Positions 48,103-57,425 of a stretch of DNA of 64,000 nt are shown in pieces. The stretch's first letter is position 1. Every line of letters begins with the position of its first letter. Made by a program: the position numbers and the translations under genes. The notes under the pieces were generated by a model. The model was not told where the DNA came from, searched no databases, and saw nothing but the letters and a program-made list of their open reading frames with translations. Source of the DNA: an uncultured Cellvibrionaceae bacterium (GTDB taxonomy: Bacteria; Pseudomonadota; Gammaproteobacteria; Pseudomonadales; Cellvibrionaceae); the NCBI GenBank assembly GCA_964499225.1, contig CAZCJR010000003.1:42340-106339 (forward strand). Direction: 5' to 3'.

Positions 48103-48567
48103 ATGAAAACAATAGAAGAATATATGGCTATGCCATTAGATAAACGAATGTTGATATTGAATGATATTGATGATGTTGAATTACGAGCAAAAATTAAATG
48201 TTTGAGTGTTGAAGAAACAAAGAAAGAGAAGAAAGAAAAATATGATGAATATTGGAGAAATTATAATAAAAAATTTATTAATAATTATGACATACCAACT
48301 ATTCCTGTGCCTATTGAGCAATTGCATATTGATAAGTTGATAGAACTAGGAGCTATTACTAAGAAAGATTTAATTATTGGTAAATATTATTATGGTAAAT
48401 GTAGAAATGCTGATGTGTGTATGTGGGATGGTAAAGTATTTCAACATATGAGATATAAATTTGGTTATTATAATGATAATGTTAATCATTTTGAGGATGA
48501 TAATGGTTATGATCTTTTTGTGCCATTAAGAATTACTGAGCCAAAAGAAAATGAAATTATAAAATAA
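48103..48567 (+). CDS. Hypothetical protein
   Basis: 154-aa ORF; YYGKCRNA..WDG motif. Confidence 0.7.
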   Translation: MKTIEEYMAMPLDKRMLILNDIDDVELRAKIKCLSVEETKKEKKEKYDEYWRNYNKKFINNYDIPTIPVPIEQLHIDKLIELGAITKKDLIIGKYYYGKCRNADVCMWDGKVFQHMRYKFGYYNDNVNHFEDDNGYDLFVPLRITEPKENEIIK

Positions 48568-48616
48568 AACATTAACAAATAATAGTAATATAAATTTCAC
48601 AAATCAAATATAAAAT

Positions 48617-50641
48617 ATGAATATAAAAAAAGATGTTAGTAGTAAAATACTCGAAAAAGATATATTATTTAATGTAGTTAAGAAACAATTAAAAGAAGAA
48701 TATATTGGTTTAGATGATGTTATAGATGAAATATGTAATTTAGTAGAACCTTGGTATTTATTTCCTAATGCTCAATTAAGACCAACTATTATAAATCTTT
48801 GGGGATTAACTGGTGTAGGTAAAACGAGTCTTATTATAAGAATGTTTTCGTTATTGGGAATTAATAATTTATTAAAGTTTGATACTGGTGAGTGGGTTGA
48901 TAAAGATGATTTTCAATTAACTGAAAAAATATCTGGTCAATTGAATAAGCTTAAAAAAGATAATATGATACCTATATTTGTATTTGATGAATTTCAACTT
49001 GGTAGAACAAAAAATGAAATAGGTGTAGAAATAGATAGAACAAGTTTAAGAGTCGTTTGGGATTTATTAGATTCTGGTAAATTTAATATAATTGAAGAAA
49101 AATGGGAAACATCAAGTATAATGAAACTATATAAGAAATTACAATATCTCTTATATGATAAAAATGTTATTGTTAAATGTGGTCGAGTGACTAATAAAAA
49201 AGAAGATTGGGATTTAATATTTGTGGAAGAAGATAGTGATGAAATGGTATCAAATGATATTACAGAAATAATAAATAAATATTATTCTGAAGATGCTTTT
49301 ATACCGTCAGCTTATTTATATACTTTAAGAACTATGAATGATGATATTTTTTATTCTGAGGTTGAAGTGGCTAAATATTTATTGACTTTAAGTGGAGATG
49401 AAATATTGACCTTTATCGAAAAAAGTATAGTGAAATCTACTGTTCCAATAGAACATGATTTTTCAGATTCTATTATATTTATTATTGGTAATTTAGACAA
49501 AGCATATTACAATAGTGATGAAATGGATCCAGATGTTGATGCTGATTCATTATATGAACACACAAAAAAGATAACACTATCCGATATTAAAAAAACTTTG
49601 ACACATCTATATAGACCTGAACAAATTTCACGGTTGGGTAATAATCATGTTATTTATAAATCTTTCAATAAAAAAATGTATCAAGATATAATTAAAATGG
49701 AATTGAATAAAATTGTGGATAGAGTATCTATGAAATTTGATTTTAATATAAATTTTGATAGTTCTATAAATGATTTAATTTATACTGAGTCTGTTTTTCC
49801 AACACAAGGTGTAAGACCAATATTTTCTACAATTACATCATTAATAGAATCATATATTGGTAGAATCGTTGTAAATTCTTTAAAAAATAAATTGGATATT
49901 ATATCATTGAATTGGAGTTATTTAAATGAAGAATATATAATAAAGTTAAATACTACAACAGTTGATAAAATTTTAAAATATAAAGTTGTGTTGAAGATTG
50001 ATAATGTTAGAAAGTCTAAAACAGATGATATGCAAGCACTTGTAGGAATACATGAAGCTGGTCACGTTATAACATCTATTTATGCTTTAAATCTTTTACC
50101 AAGAAGTGTGTTGAGTAGAACCGCTAATGGTAATGGTGGTGTAACTTTTATTGATTTACCTGATTATGAAACAAAAGAATTATTAATCAATAGTATTATT
50201 ATGTTGATTGGTGGTTACACGGCAGAAAAAATGATATTTGGTGATAATAATTTAACAAGTGGATCATATTCTGATTTGGAACATACAACTAAAACAGCTT
50301 TAAAAATAGTTAAAGAATATGGTATGAATGGTATTCCATTGCAATTTTCTACACCAGATTTTAGAATAAGTGATAGTTCTATATGTCTTAATAATGATGA
50401 TTTAGATCTAAGTGCAATAGAATTGGTAAAAAAATGTCAAACGAAAACAGAACAAATATTGAATGATAATATGGTATTGTTGCTTCGAATGGGAGAATAT
50501 CTTACGAATAATTCAAAAATGAATTCAGATGAAATAAAAAAAATGGTTGAAAAATACGGTAGTAAAAAGCCAATATATAAAACCAAAGATAATTATTTCG
50601 ATTATAAAAAAGTATTAATGGATAAAATAAAAAAAATATGA
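48617..50641 (+). CDS. Soluble AAA+ ATPase fused to peptidase M41 (FtsH-type) domain
   Basis: GLTGVGKT (Walker A), FVFDEFQ (Walker B), ISRLG, QGVRP; HEAGH, GGYTAEKMIFG and SGSYSDL; no TM segments. Confidence 0.85.
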   Translation: MNIKKDVSSKILEKDILFNVVKKQLKEEYIGLDDVIDEICNLVEPWYLFPNAQLRPTIINLWGLTGVGKTSLIIRMFSLLGINNLLKFDTGEWVDKDDFQLTEKISGQLNKLKKDNMIPIFVFDEFQLGRTKNEIGVEIDRTSLRVVWDLLDSGKFNIIEEKWETSSIMKLYKKLQYLLYDKNVIVKCGRVTNKKEDWDLIFVEEDSDEMVSNDITEIINKYYSEDAFIPSAYLYTLRTMNDDIFYSEVEVAKYLLTLSGDEILTFIEKSIVKSTVPIEHDFSDSIIFIIGNLDKAYYNSDEMDPDVDADSLYEHTKKITLSDIKKTLTHLYRPEQISRLGNNHVIYKSFNKKMYQDIIKMELNKIVDRVSMKFDFNINFDSSINDLIYTESVFPTQGVRPIFSTITSLIESYIGRIVVNSLKNKLDIISLNWSYLNEEYIIKLNTTTVDKILKYKVVLKIDNVRKSKTDDMQALVGIHEAGHVITSIYALNLLPRSVLSRTANGNGGVTFIDLPDYETKELLINSIIMLIGGYTAEKMIFGDNNLTSGSYSDLEHTTKTALKIVKEYGMNGIPLQFSTPDFRISDSSICLNNDDLDLSAIELVKKCQTKTEQILNDNMVLLLRMGEYLTNNSKMNSDEIKKMVEKYGSKKPIYKTKDNYFDYKKVLMDKIKKI

Positions 50642-50748
50642 TTATAATAATAGGATTAGTAGTTATTAATGTCATAATGGCATTAGCCTTGGTGTTTGTA
50701 TATTATAAAAATAAAAATAAAAATGACTGATAACGAATGTCTGATATA
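50638..50748 (+). CDS. 36-aa single-TM micropeptide (not in ORF track)
   Basis: MIIIIGLVVINVIMALALVFVYYKNK...; ATGA-coupled to the protease gene. Confidence 0.5.
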
Positions 50749-51132
50749 AGATTTTATGAAATTAATGGTGAGATATTAACAAAAATTATAAATCCAACTG
50801 GTGGATTAAAAGATTGGTTAATTTCTAATGGTTTGAATCCAAATAAATATAGTGTTTTGGATAGCCCAGTTGGTGTTTTGAGGTATTGTATCAATAATAA
50901 AGATTCTATGATTAAAGGTAGTATTTGGTCAAAAAATATTAAACCTGATTCATATGATATATCTGATATAGATATAGAAGAATTGGAATGTTGTTCATCT
51001 ATTATTTTTATTTTTAAAAATCCATTTGATTCTGATTCAGAATTGAGAATTACACCAATTGTTGATAGTGATTCTGTCGTTAGGTTTTCAAGATATAAAA
51101 AATTAAGAAGAGTATTATGTCAATTAAACTAA
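50737..51132 (+). CDS. Hypothetical protein with C-terminal motif
   Basis: ends SRYKKLRRVLCQLN*. Confidence 0.7.
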   Translation: MSDIRFYEINGEILTKIINPTGGLKDWLISNGLNPNKYSVLDSPVGVLRYCINNKDSMIKGSIWSKNIKPDSYDISDIDIEELECCSSIIFIFKNPFDSDSELRITPIVDSDSVVRFSRYKKLRRVLCQLN

Positions 51133-51803
51133 CAAAAATATTATCATATGATATGATAACAAAAATATTATCATATGATATGATGAATCCAGGATTTTCG
51201 AATGCTTCTTTTAATGAGTTGTTATCAAGTGATGCTATAAAATACTTTTCTGATAAATTTTCAAATAATTATAAAGGTAAAGGTGTTATTAAAAAATTTC
51301 CAGTTGGTTTAAATTCACATTTTATGAATTTATTATTTAATATTGTTGATTATGAAAGATGTAAAAAGAATGATGGTCATTTATTAGATATCTTAATAGT
51401 TGATAATAGTAATGTTATGTCTAAACAAACAGAAGATTGTTTTTTCGATCATTATGTAAATAAGTTGGTTAATCGTAAAAAATCACAATTATTTTTAGAT
51501 AATTGTGAAATAGAATTCACAACATCTCAAAAATTAAAAAATCAGAGACATTATTTATTATCAAATTTATTATCAAGTGATCCGGTTGACCTTGTTATAT
51601 TCATTGATTGTGTTGAAAAAAATTTAAAAAATGAATTAACATATAGAAAAAAAATAAATGGTGAACCATTAGTAAAAACTATATATTGTAACGATGTTGA
51701 TGTAGATAGTGATTTTTATTTTGAAGATTTAAATAAGTGGTCAAATGAATCATATAAAAAACTTTTAAGAATAGATAAATTAAAAAGAATTTTAAATGAT
51801 TGA
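51117..51803 (+). CDS. Hypothetical protein with C-terminal motif
   Basis: ends LRIDKLKRILND*. Confidence 0.7.
   Translation: MSIKLTKILSYDMITKILSYDMMNPGFSNASFNELLSSDAIKYFSDKFSNNYKGKGVIKKFPVGLNSHFMNLLFNIVDYERCKKNDGHLLDILIVDNSNVMSKQTEDCFFDHYVNKLVNRKKSQLFLDNCEIEFTTSQKLKNQRHYLLSNLLSSDPVDLVIFIDCVEKNLKNELTYRKKINGEPLVKTIYCNDVDVDSDFYFEDLNKWSNESYKKLLRIDKLKRILND
51130..51183 (+). repeat. Perfect 27-bp tandem duplication
   Basis: taacaaaaatattatcatatgatatga x2. Confidence 0.95.
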
Positions 51804-51996
51804 GTATTTTAAAAATATTAAAGGAGTGAAAATATATACAGATGAATATATGGAAGAAGATAAAATTATTAGAGGAATAAAAGGGAATACTATTTATTTT
51901 GTCGCTAATCCAAAAACAGGAAATTATTGGTATGCTGAATATAAAAAATATTTAAGAGTAAAAAAATTAGAAAGAATTTTAAATGGAATTGATTGA
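51796..51996 (+). CDS. Hypothetical protein with C-terminal motif
   Basis: ends LRVKKLERILNGID*. Confidence 0.7.
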   Translation: MIEYFKNIKGVKIYTDEYMEEDKIIRGIKGNTIYFVANPKTGNYWYAEYKKYLRVKKLERILNGID

Positions 51997-52276
51997 AACA
52001 AATATAAAAACTGATGAAACAGTTGATCACGTTACTGGAGAAAAATACACTGAAGTAATTAGAAGTTGGAAAGTAAAAATTGATAATGTAATATATGTAA
52101 GATGTTTAAATAAAAAAGGTGTTGAATGGTATGATGAGACTCCACAAATGAATTATTTATTCGGGTTAAATACAACTTCTTCATCGTCAACATACTTAGA
52201 ATCTAAATATTCTAATAATCAATTAGAATCATTTTTCAAAACAATGTTTAGAAAGAAAAAATTAGAAAGGTTATGA
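51983..52276 (+). CDS. Hypothetical protein with C-terminal motif
   Basis: ends FRKKKLERL*. Confidence 0.7.
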   Translation: MELIETNIKTDETVDHVTGEKYTEVIRSWKVKIDNVIYVRCLNKKGVEWYDETPQMNYLFGLNTTSSSSTYLESKYSNNQLESFFKTMFRKKKLERL

Positions 52277-53163
52277 AAACATTAACAAAGAAAGAATTTA
52301 TACCATATCTTAAAAAGATATCTGATATATTAGATAAAGAAGAAATTATACACGAATTACCATTTTGTCATATCGATAAAATGGATTTTAATCAAATGTT
52401 TATAATTATTCCTGATCATGTTCAGTCATATGATATTAGTCGATTATTTACGTGTTCTACAATAAAAGAACAAGAAGGTATAATTTATACAATTATTGAT
52501 GATATAAGCGTGAATTTCATAAAAACAAGTGGTGTTGAATGGTTCTATACTTTATTTTATTATTCCTGGAATATATTAAATGTTTTTGTTGATATATTAT
52601 TGTCTGAAAGTTTCAATTTAAGATACACTCGAAAAGGTTTAAAATATAAATATGAAGATAAAAATATAGACATAACCAATAATATGAAAGATATTTTTGA
52701 ATTCTTAGAATTAAAATTTCATATGGTGAATAATGGATTTCCAACAGATTATACAATTTTTGAATTTATACAATCGTCACCATATTATGATTCTACTTAT
52801 TTTACAATGGATAATTTTGAAAAACATGATATAAATTTCGAATATAATAAACATTATTATGAAAAATTTATAGAATATAGATTAGAGAATAAACCTGATA
52901 AAAAATCAATTGATGAACAGATAATTTATATTGATGCTTATTTTATGAAATCTAATTTTTTAGAAAAATTGAGTAGTATTCAAATGAAGAAAGAATTTCC
53001 TGATATAAAATTTAAAAAAATTATTATCGAACCTAAAGTTAAAACAATAGAAGAATTAAAATTAGAGAAGGAAGAAGAAATTAAATTAAATCGAAAAAAA
53101 ATAAGTCTTAAAAAGATGGTTGAAAATAAAGATGATGAAGATTTTGATTTTAATATAGAATAA
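52273..53163 (+). CDS. Hypothetical protein, possibly a degenerate Pol-beta-type nucleotidyltransferase
   Basis: DFNQMFII at the position where GDxD is expected; ...IFEFLEL...IFEFIQSSPYY. Confidence 0.4.
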   Translation: MKTLTKKEFIPYLKKISDILDKEEIIHELPFCHIDKMDFNQMFIIIPDHVQSYDISRLFTCSTIKEQEGIIYTIIDDISVNFIKTSGVEWFYTLFYYSWNILNVFVDILLSESFNLRYTRKGLKYKYEDKNIDITNNMKDIFEFLELKFHMVNNGFPTDYTIFEFIQSSPYYDSTYFTMDNFEKHDINFEYNKHYYEKFIEYRLENKPDKKSIDEQIIYIDAYFMKSNFLEKLSSIQMKKEFPDIKFKKIIIEPKVKTIEELKLEKEEEIKLNRKKISLKKMVENKDDEDFDFNIE

Positions 53164-53176
53164 AAAAATAAAAAAA

Positions 53177-53299
53177 ATGGAAGCATATATTGATATCGAA
53201 TGGATAATGAAAAATATTTTAAAATATAGTGATAGTGATATAAGAGAACATAAGAGAAAAATAAGAGAAGATAAATTAAAAAGAATATTAGGCTTATGA
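53177..53299 (+). CDS. 40-aa protein with C-terminal motif (not in ORF track)
   Basis: ends IREDKLKRILGL*; ATGA overlap with the next gene. Confidence 0.65.
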   Translation: MEAYIDIEWIMKNILKYSDSDIREHKRKIREDKLKRILGL

Positions 53300-53568
53300 C
53301 AATTTATGACCAAAAATTAGAAGAATTTAAAAATGAATTAAAACAATATTTGAGAAGTGTTACTGATGTAAATTTGTATTATAGAATTATTAAAATTAAC
53401 ATTAAATTACAACAGGATGTAGATAGAATGAATTTATATGATTTTCTTGTTAAGGATGAAGGTGGTTGGTTAAGAATATATTTTCATTTTAGAAAAGGTG
53501 GACAACCAGTATGGTTAGATGATATACTCACACAAAGAAGAAATAAATTGGAAAGGATATTAAAATGA
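53296..53568 (+). CDS. Hypothetical protein with C-terminal motif
   Basis: ends QRRNKLERILK*. Confidence 0.7.
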   Translation: MTIYDQKLEEFKNELKQYLRSVTDVNLYYRIIKINIKLQQDVDRMNLYDFLVKDEGGWLRIYFHFRKGGQPVWLDDILTQRRNKLERILK

Positions 53569-54308
53569 AATATATTGGTAGTAAAAGTAAATTAATAAAT
53601 AAGATTAAACCGATTATAGAATCATATATAACAGATGATACAGTTGCATATTTGGAGCCTATGGTTGGTGGAGCTAATTCTATCGTTGAAATTGATTGTA
53701 AAAAACGAATAGGTATAGATATTAATCCTTTAGTGATTTCTTTATTAAAAAAAGCAAAAACTGATTTAGAGTGGTTTGAGACTTTGCCGGAACTACCAAC
53801 AAAAGAACATTATATTGATGTAGTTAAATATCCAGAAAAATATTCATTAGAATATAGAGCCGCAATTTTATGTTTTGGTTCATATAATAATAGATCAAAT
53901 GGTGGATATTATGGTGCTTGTGCTACATCAAAAACAGGTAAATTTAGAAATTATTTTGATGAGGCAAAAAGAAATTTGATAAAACAATCAACAAAATTAA
54001 AAAATATAGAATTTCATTGTTCTGATTATAAAAAATTACCTATCGAAAACATTAAAAATTTTGTTATTTATTGTGATCCACCATATAGAAAATCATATTA
54101 CAAAGACAAAGTATATAGTAAAGATGGTTTTGATTATGAAGTATATTATAAGTGGTGTATTGATATGTCCAAAGATAATGTTGTATTGATGTCAGAATAT
54201 AATATGCCTGAAGAATTTGAATGTATTTGGGAAATAGAAACAAAAACATCAATGGATAAACAAAATAATCAACAAAAAAGAATTGAAAAAATATTTAAAG
54301 TAAAATGA
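53565..54308 (+). CDS. Second Dam-like DNA adenine methyltransferase
   Basis: MKYIGSK, EPMVGGANS and YCDPPY. Confidence 0.88.
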   Translation: MKYIGSKSKLINKIKPIIESYITDDTVAYLEPMVGGANSIVEIDCKKRIGIDINPLVISLLKKAKTDLEWFETLPELPTKEHYIDVVKYPEKYSLEYRAAILCFGSYNNRSNGGYYGACATSKTGKFRNYFDEAKRNLIKQSTKLKNIEFHCSDYKKLPIENIKNFVIYCDPPYRKSYYKDKVYSKDGFDYEVYYKWCIDMSKDNVVLMSEYNMPEEFECIWEIETKTSMDKQNNQQKRIEKIFKVK

Positions 54309-54580
54309 AAGATAGTATTTTATTTTTATTAAATAAATATAAAAATGATGAAGTTGGGTTTAAAGAAGCTTATATGTCGTTAGATATGCCTTTTAAAAAA
54401 TCTGAAAGAGAACTATTAGAAAATATAGAGGATGAATTATTAGCACAATTCTCAGAAGATATTGCATACGGAATAGATAAACATATTTTATCTGAACTTA
54501 TTTGGATGTGTAAAGATGATTATCTTAGAAAGGGATTAAGAAAATATAAATTAAATAGAATTTTAGATGGAAAGAAATAA
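54305..54580 (+). CDS. Hypothetical protein with C-terminal motif
   Basis: ends LRKYKLNRILDGKK*. Confidence 0.7.
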   Translation: MKDSILFLLNKYKNDEVGFKEAYMSLDMPFKKSERELLENIEDELLAQFSEDIAYGIDKHILSELIWMCKDDYLRKGLRKYKLNRILDGKK

Positions 54581-54589
54581 AATGAGAAA

Positions 54590-55340
54590 CTATTTTTTCA
54601 TATGAGAACATATTTCTTCTAACCAACCTTGTGATTTTGATCTTTTAAATGACCCTGGTGAATTTTTTTCAAAATGAGTTTTTACTATATTTTAATGATT
54701 CATTTTTACAATTTTCATAATTCCATTTTATATAAACACCACCTAAATTACCAGTTTTTGATTTATTTAAAATGTTCCAACCATTATTTTTATATTCATT
54801 GAGTATTTCTCCTTCTTTGTTAGATGCTAATTCTACATCGATATACTCTGTTATTTTTCTCAAATATGGTTGTAAATTAGTTTCTAATATATGTTTATAT
54901 ACCGAACTTCTTTTATCTCTTAAATGCCTATTATTTCTATCATTAATGTTAAATGTTAAACCAACATACACATAATTATCACTAAATTCATATGAATATA
55001 TACATCTTTTATATTTATGTCCAATTGTTATCATATGAACACAAATATCATCTAAAAAATTGTTAATATATGCAGAGTTATATGCAGATGTAGATTTTTT
55101 TTGAAATTCAGATTTTGTTTTGTATTTTAATGATTCTTCTTGACATTTCTCTTTTGTCCAATAATTAGATTTCTTTTTTATTTCTATCATATGTTTACAT
55201 ATATCATCTAACCAATTGTTTATATATGATTTATAATATGAACCTTTGGAATTTTTTTGAAATTCAAACCTGGTATTATATTTTAATGATTCTTCTTGAC
55301 ATTTCTCTTTGGTCCAATAATTTCTATTTTTTCTTATCAT
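54590..55340 (-). mobile_element. GIY-YIG homing endonuclease-like gene, paralog of 28230-29453, frameshifted in its last repeat
   Basis: YWTKEKCQEESLKY repeats; CIYSYEF..YVYVGLT; stop at 54669, but EKNSPGSF..GWLEEICSHMKK* continues in another frame to 54590. Confidence 0.75.
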
Positions 55341-55417
55341 TTCTATTTTTTCTTATTTTATAATCTTTTTTTTGTTTATAGTATATATTAAAAACAAACA
55401 TCTACATTTTTGGGAAT

Positions 55418-55453
55418 AAAAAAAGACGATAAATTTAAATTTATCGTCTTTTT
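55418..55453. terminator. Perfect palindromic terminator downstream of csp
   Basis: aaaaaagacgataaattt/aaatttatcgtctttttt with flanking A/T runs. Confidence 0.75.
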
Positions 55454-55473
55454 TTGTAATTGAAATATAGATA

Positions 55474-55659
55474 TTATATTAGTTTTACACTAACGGCATT
55501 TAAACCTTTTTTACCTTCTTTTAATTCAAAAGAAACTTCATCATTTTCTCTTATTTCGTCAATAAGACCTGTTGCGTGTACGAAGTACTCTTGTTCATTT
55601 TCATCTTTAATAAAGCCAAAACCTTTAGATTCATTAAAAAATTTCACTGTTCCATTCAT
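55474..55659 (-). CDS. csp: Cold-shock protein
   Basis: GTVKFFNESKGFGFI (RNP1) and FVH (RNP2); short Bacteroidota-type form. Confidence 0.95.
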   Translation of the reverse strand: MNGTVKFFNESKGFGFIKDENEQEYFVHATGLIDEIRENDEVSFELKEGKKGLNAVSVKLI

Positions 55660-55799
55660 TTGTTAATTGTATTTTTTTTTAAGTTGTCAAGCCATTTTTT
55701 ATATTTTGCAGCGGCTTCATAATCTTCATTTTTTACTGCGTTTTCCAATAAATCTTCATAAGTTTGAATTATGATATCTTTTATTTTTTTATCTTTCAT
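55656..55799 (-). CDS. 47-aa UVR-domain microprotein (not in ORF track)
   Basis: LLENAVKNEDYEAAAKYK; ATGA-coupled to csp; TAATATATA 6 nt upstream. Confidence 0.7.
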   Translation of the reverse strand: MKDKKIKDIIIQTYEDLLENAVKNEDYEAAAKYKKWLDNLKKNTINK

Positions 55800-55811
55800 A
55801 TTAAGTATATA

Positions 55812-57080
55812 TTAAATGTCCCAAAAAGAATCTGAATTTTCTTCTTCAATTTCTTCAACAATTTTATTAGACACTATCTCTAACGTGTTATCATCTTCTT
55901 CCAAATCATCTTCCATTGATTTTTTCATATCTTCATCTAAATTCCAAAATGAATCTGGATCAAAATCTTCTGAAGGTTTTTCCATTCTGAATTGTTCCGG
56001 AATATCTTCTTTAATTACATCTTTGAAAAAATCTTCATTCTCTAATTTAGATTCCAAATTTTCAATCGTATGATCAATAACTCTATTATTTATAAGATTG
56101 AAATGATTTTTCATATTATCGAATGTGATAGTAGGCATATATTTAGGATCTAAAATCATCATAGTTCGATTGAAGATTAAATTATCTCTTATTATGTCTT
56201 TAGCTGTCGTGTCTTTAATCTTTTTGTAATAAATGATGACATCTACTAGATTATTAATAAATGTGTCTGAATCTATGTTAATTGGATTTGGATGTATCTC
56301 TTTATATAATTTATAGACTGTTAAAGAACCATCTTTACCTATTCCTCTACCATCATCATTCATTTTACAATCTTTTACTTTAACACAAGTAGGTATATTA
56401 TCACCTTTATCACCTTGTAATAACTTACAAAAAGCAAATTCTTCGGCTATAATAGATTTTGTTTTAGTTCTATTCATTAAATTTTCAACATAAATGATAA
56501 AATCTGAACTATTATCTAATTCGAAGATATTTTCATTTCGTGTATTTGAAATATGATTGATTGCTAATTGATAATTTTCTGGTAAATAAAGTCTTTCATC
56601 ACTGAATTTATAATTCCATTGTATATTTATGAATTTTTTATTTAGATCGAATTTAAGAACTTGGTTAATATCAACATCCGAAGCTATAATAACATTAGAA
56701 TAACCTTGTTCATTTGTTTCTTTTACTATATGTGCAATAAAATCATCTCCTTCTAAACCAGGTAATTCTAAATATTTTACTTGTTTTAAATTTTTTATTA
56801 TATCTTTTACTTCTTCATATGTTTCATAAACGAAATCCCAATCAATTGTTTCATCTTTTTCTCTTTTACCTTTATAATCTTTATATAATGTTTTGCGCCA
56901 GTTTCCACCTCTGGAATCTGAAACAAAGTATAAGTTATCGAAAGGAAAAGATTTTGATAGTTTTTTGAAGTCGTTTAGTAGTAGTTCTTTTAAATCTTGT
57001 TTTATTCTTCTTAGTTTTTTGAGTATAAAAACTTGGCGATAAAGTAGGTAATTTCCATCAATTATTATATTTACTAGCAT
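55812..57080 (-). CDS. rnh: T4 RNase H-like 5'-3' exonuclease
   Basis: IIDGN, VSD...WRK..YK.YKG.R, EGDD, SDVD and GDKGDNIP. Confidence 0.88.
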   Translation of the reverse strand: MLVNIIIDGNYLLYRQVFILKKLRRIKQDLKELLLNDFKKLSKSFPFDNLYFVSDSRGGNWRKTLYKDYKGKREKDETIDWDFVYETYEEVKDIIKNLKQVKYLELPGLEGDDFIAHIVKETNEQGYSNVIIASDVDINQVLKFDLNKKFINIQWNYKFSDERLYLPENYQLAINHISNTRNENIFELDNSSDFIIYVENLMNRTKTKSIIAEEFAFCKLLQGDKGDNIPTCVKVKDCKMNDDGRGIGKDGSLTVYKLYKEIHPNPINIDSDTFINNLVDVIIYYKKIKDTTAKDIIRDNLIFNRTMMILDPKYMPTITFDNMKNHFNLINNRVIDHTIENLESKLENEDFFKDVIKEDIPEQFRMEKPSEDFDPDSFWNLDEDMKKSMEDDLEEDDNTLEIVSNKIVEEIEEENSDSFWDI

Positions 57081-57129
57081 TCAAGTCAATTCTTTTTTAC
57101 ATATAGTACTTATTTACTATTATGTTTTT

Positions 57130-57420
57130 TTATCCTATTAAAAATGTTTTTGTAATAGGAAATGGTACAGTTAAACCAGGCATCACTTCTCTATCAACTG
57201 TGAATACTATAGTTAAAGATTCAAGAGTTTCAACTTTTTTTGGTTCTTCGTTAGACTCATTCAGTATAGTTTCGGTTACATAATTTAATTTAACAGCTGG
57301 TTCTTCACCTAATTTATTTTTAAGTTCTGTTTTTATTTGAGTTGGGTCAATATTTTCCATATCAATACTTGAAATATATTCATTGATTTGTTTTTCTTTA
57401 AACATTTGTAATTCATCCAT
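57130..57420 (-). CDS. Hypothetical protein
   Basis: 96-aa ORF in the minus-strand unit. Confidence 0.7.
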   Translation of the reverse strand: MDELQMFKEKQINEYISSIDMENIDPTQIKTELKNKLGEEPAVKLNYVTETILNESNEEPKKVETLESLTIVFTVDREVMPGLTVPFPITKTFLIG

Positions 57421-57425
57421 TATTT

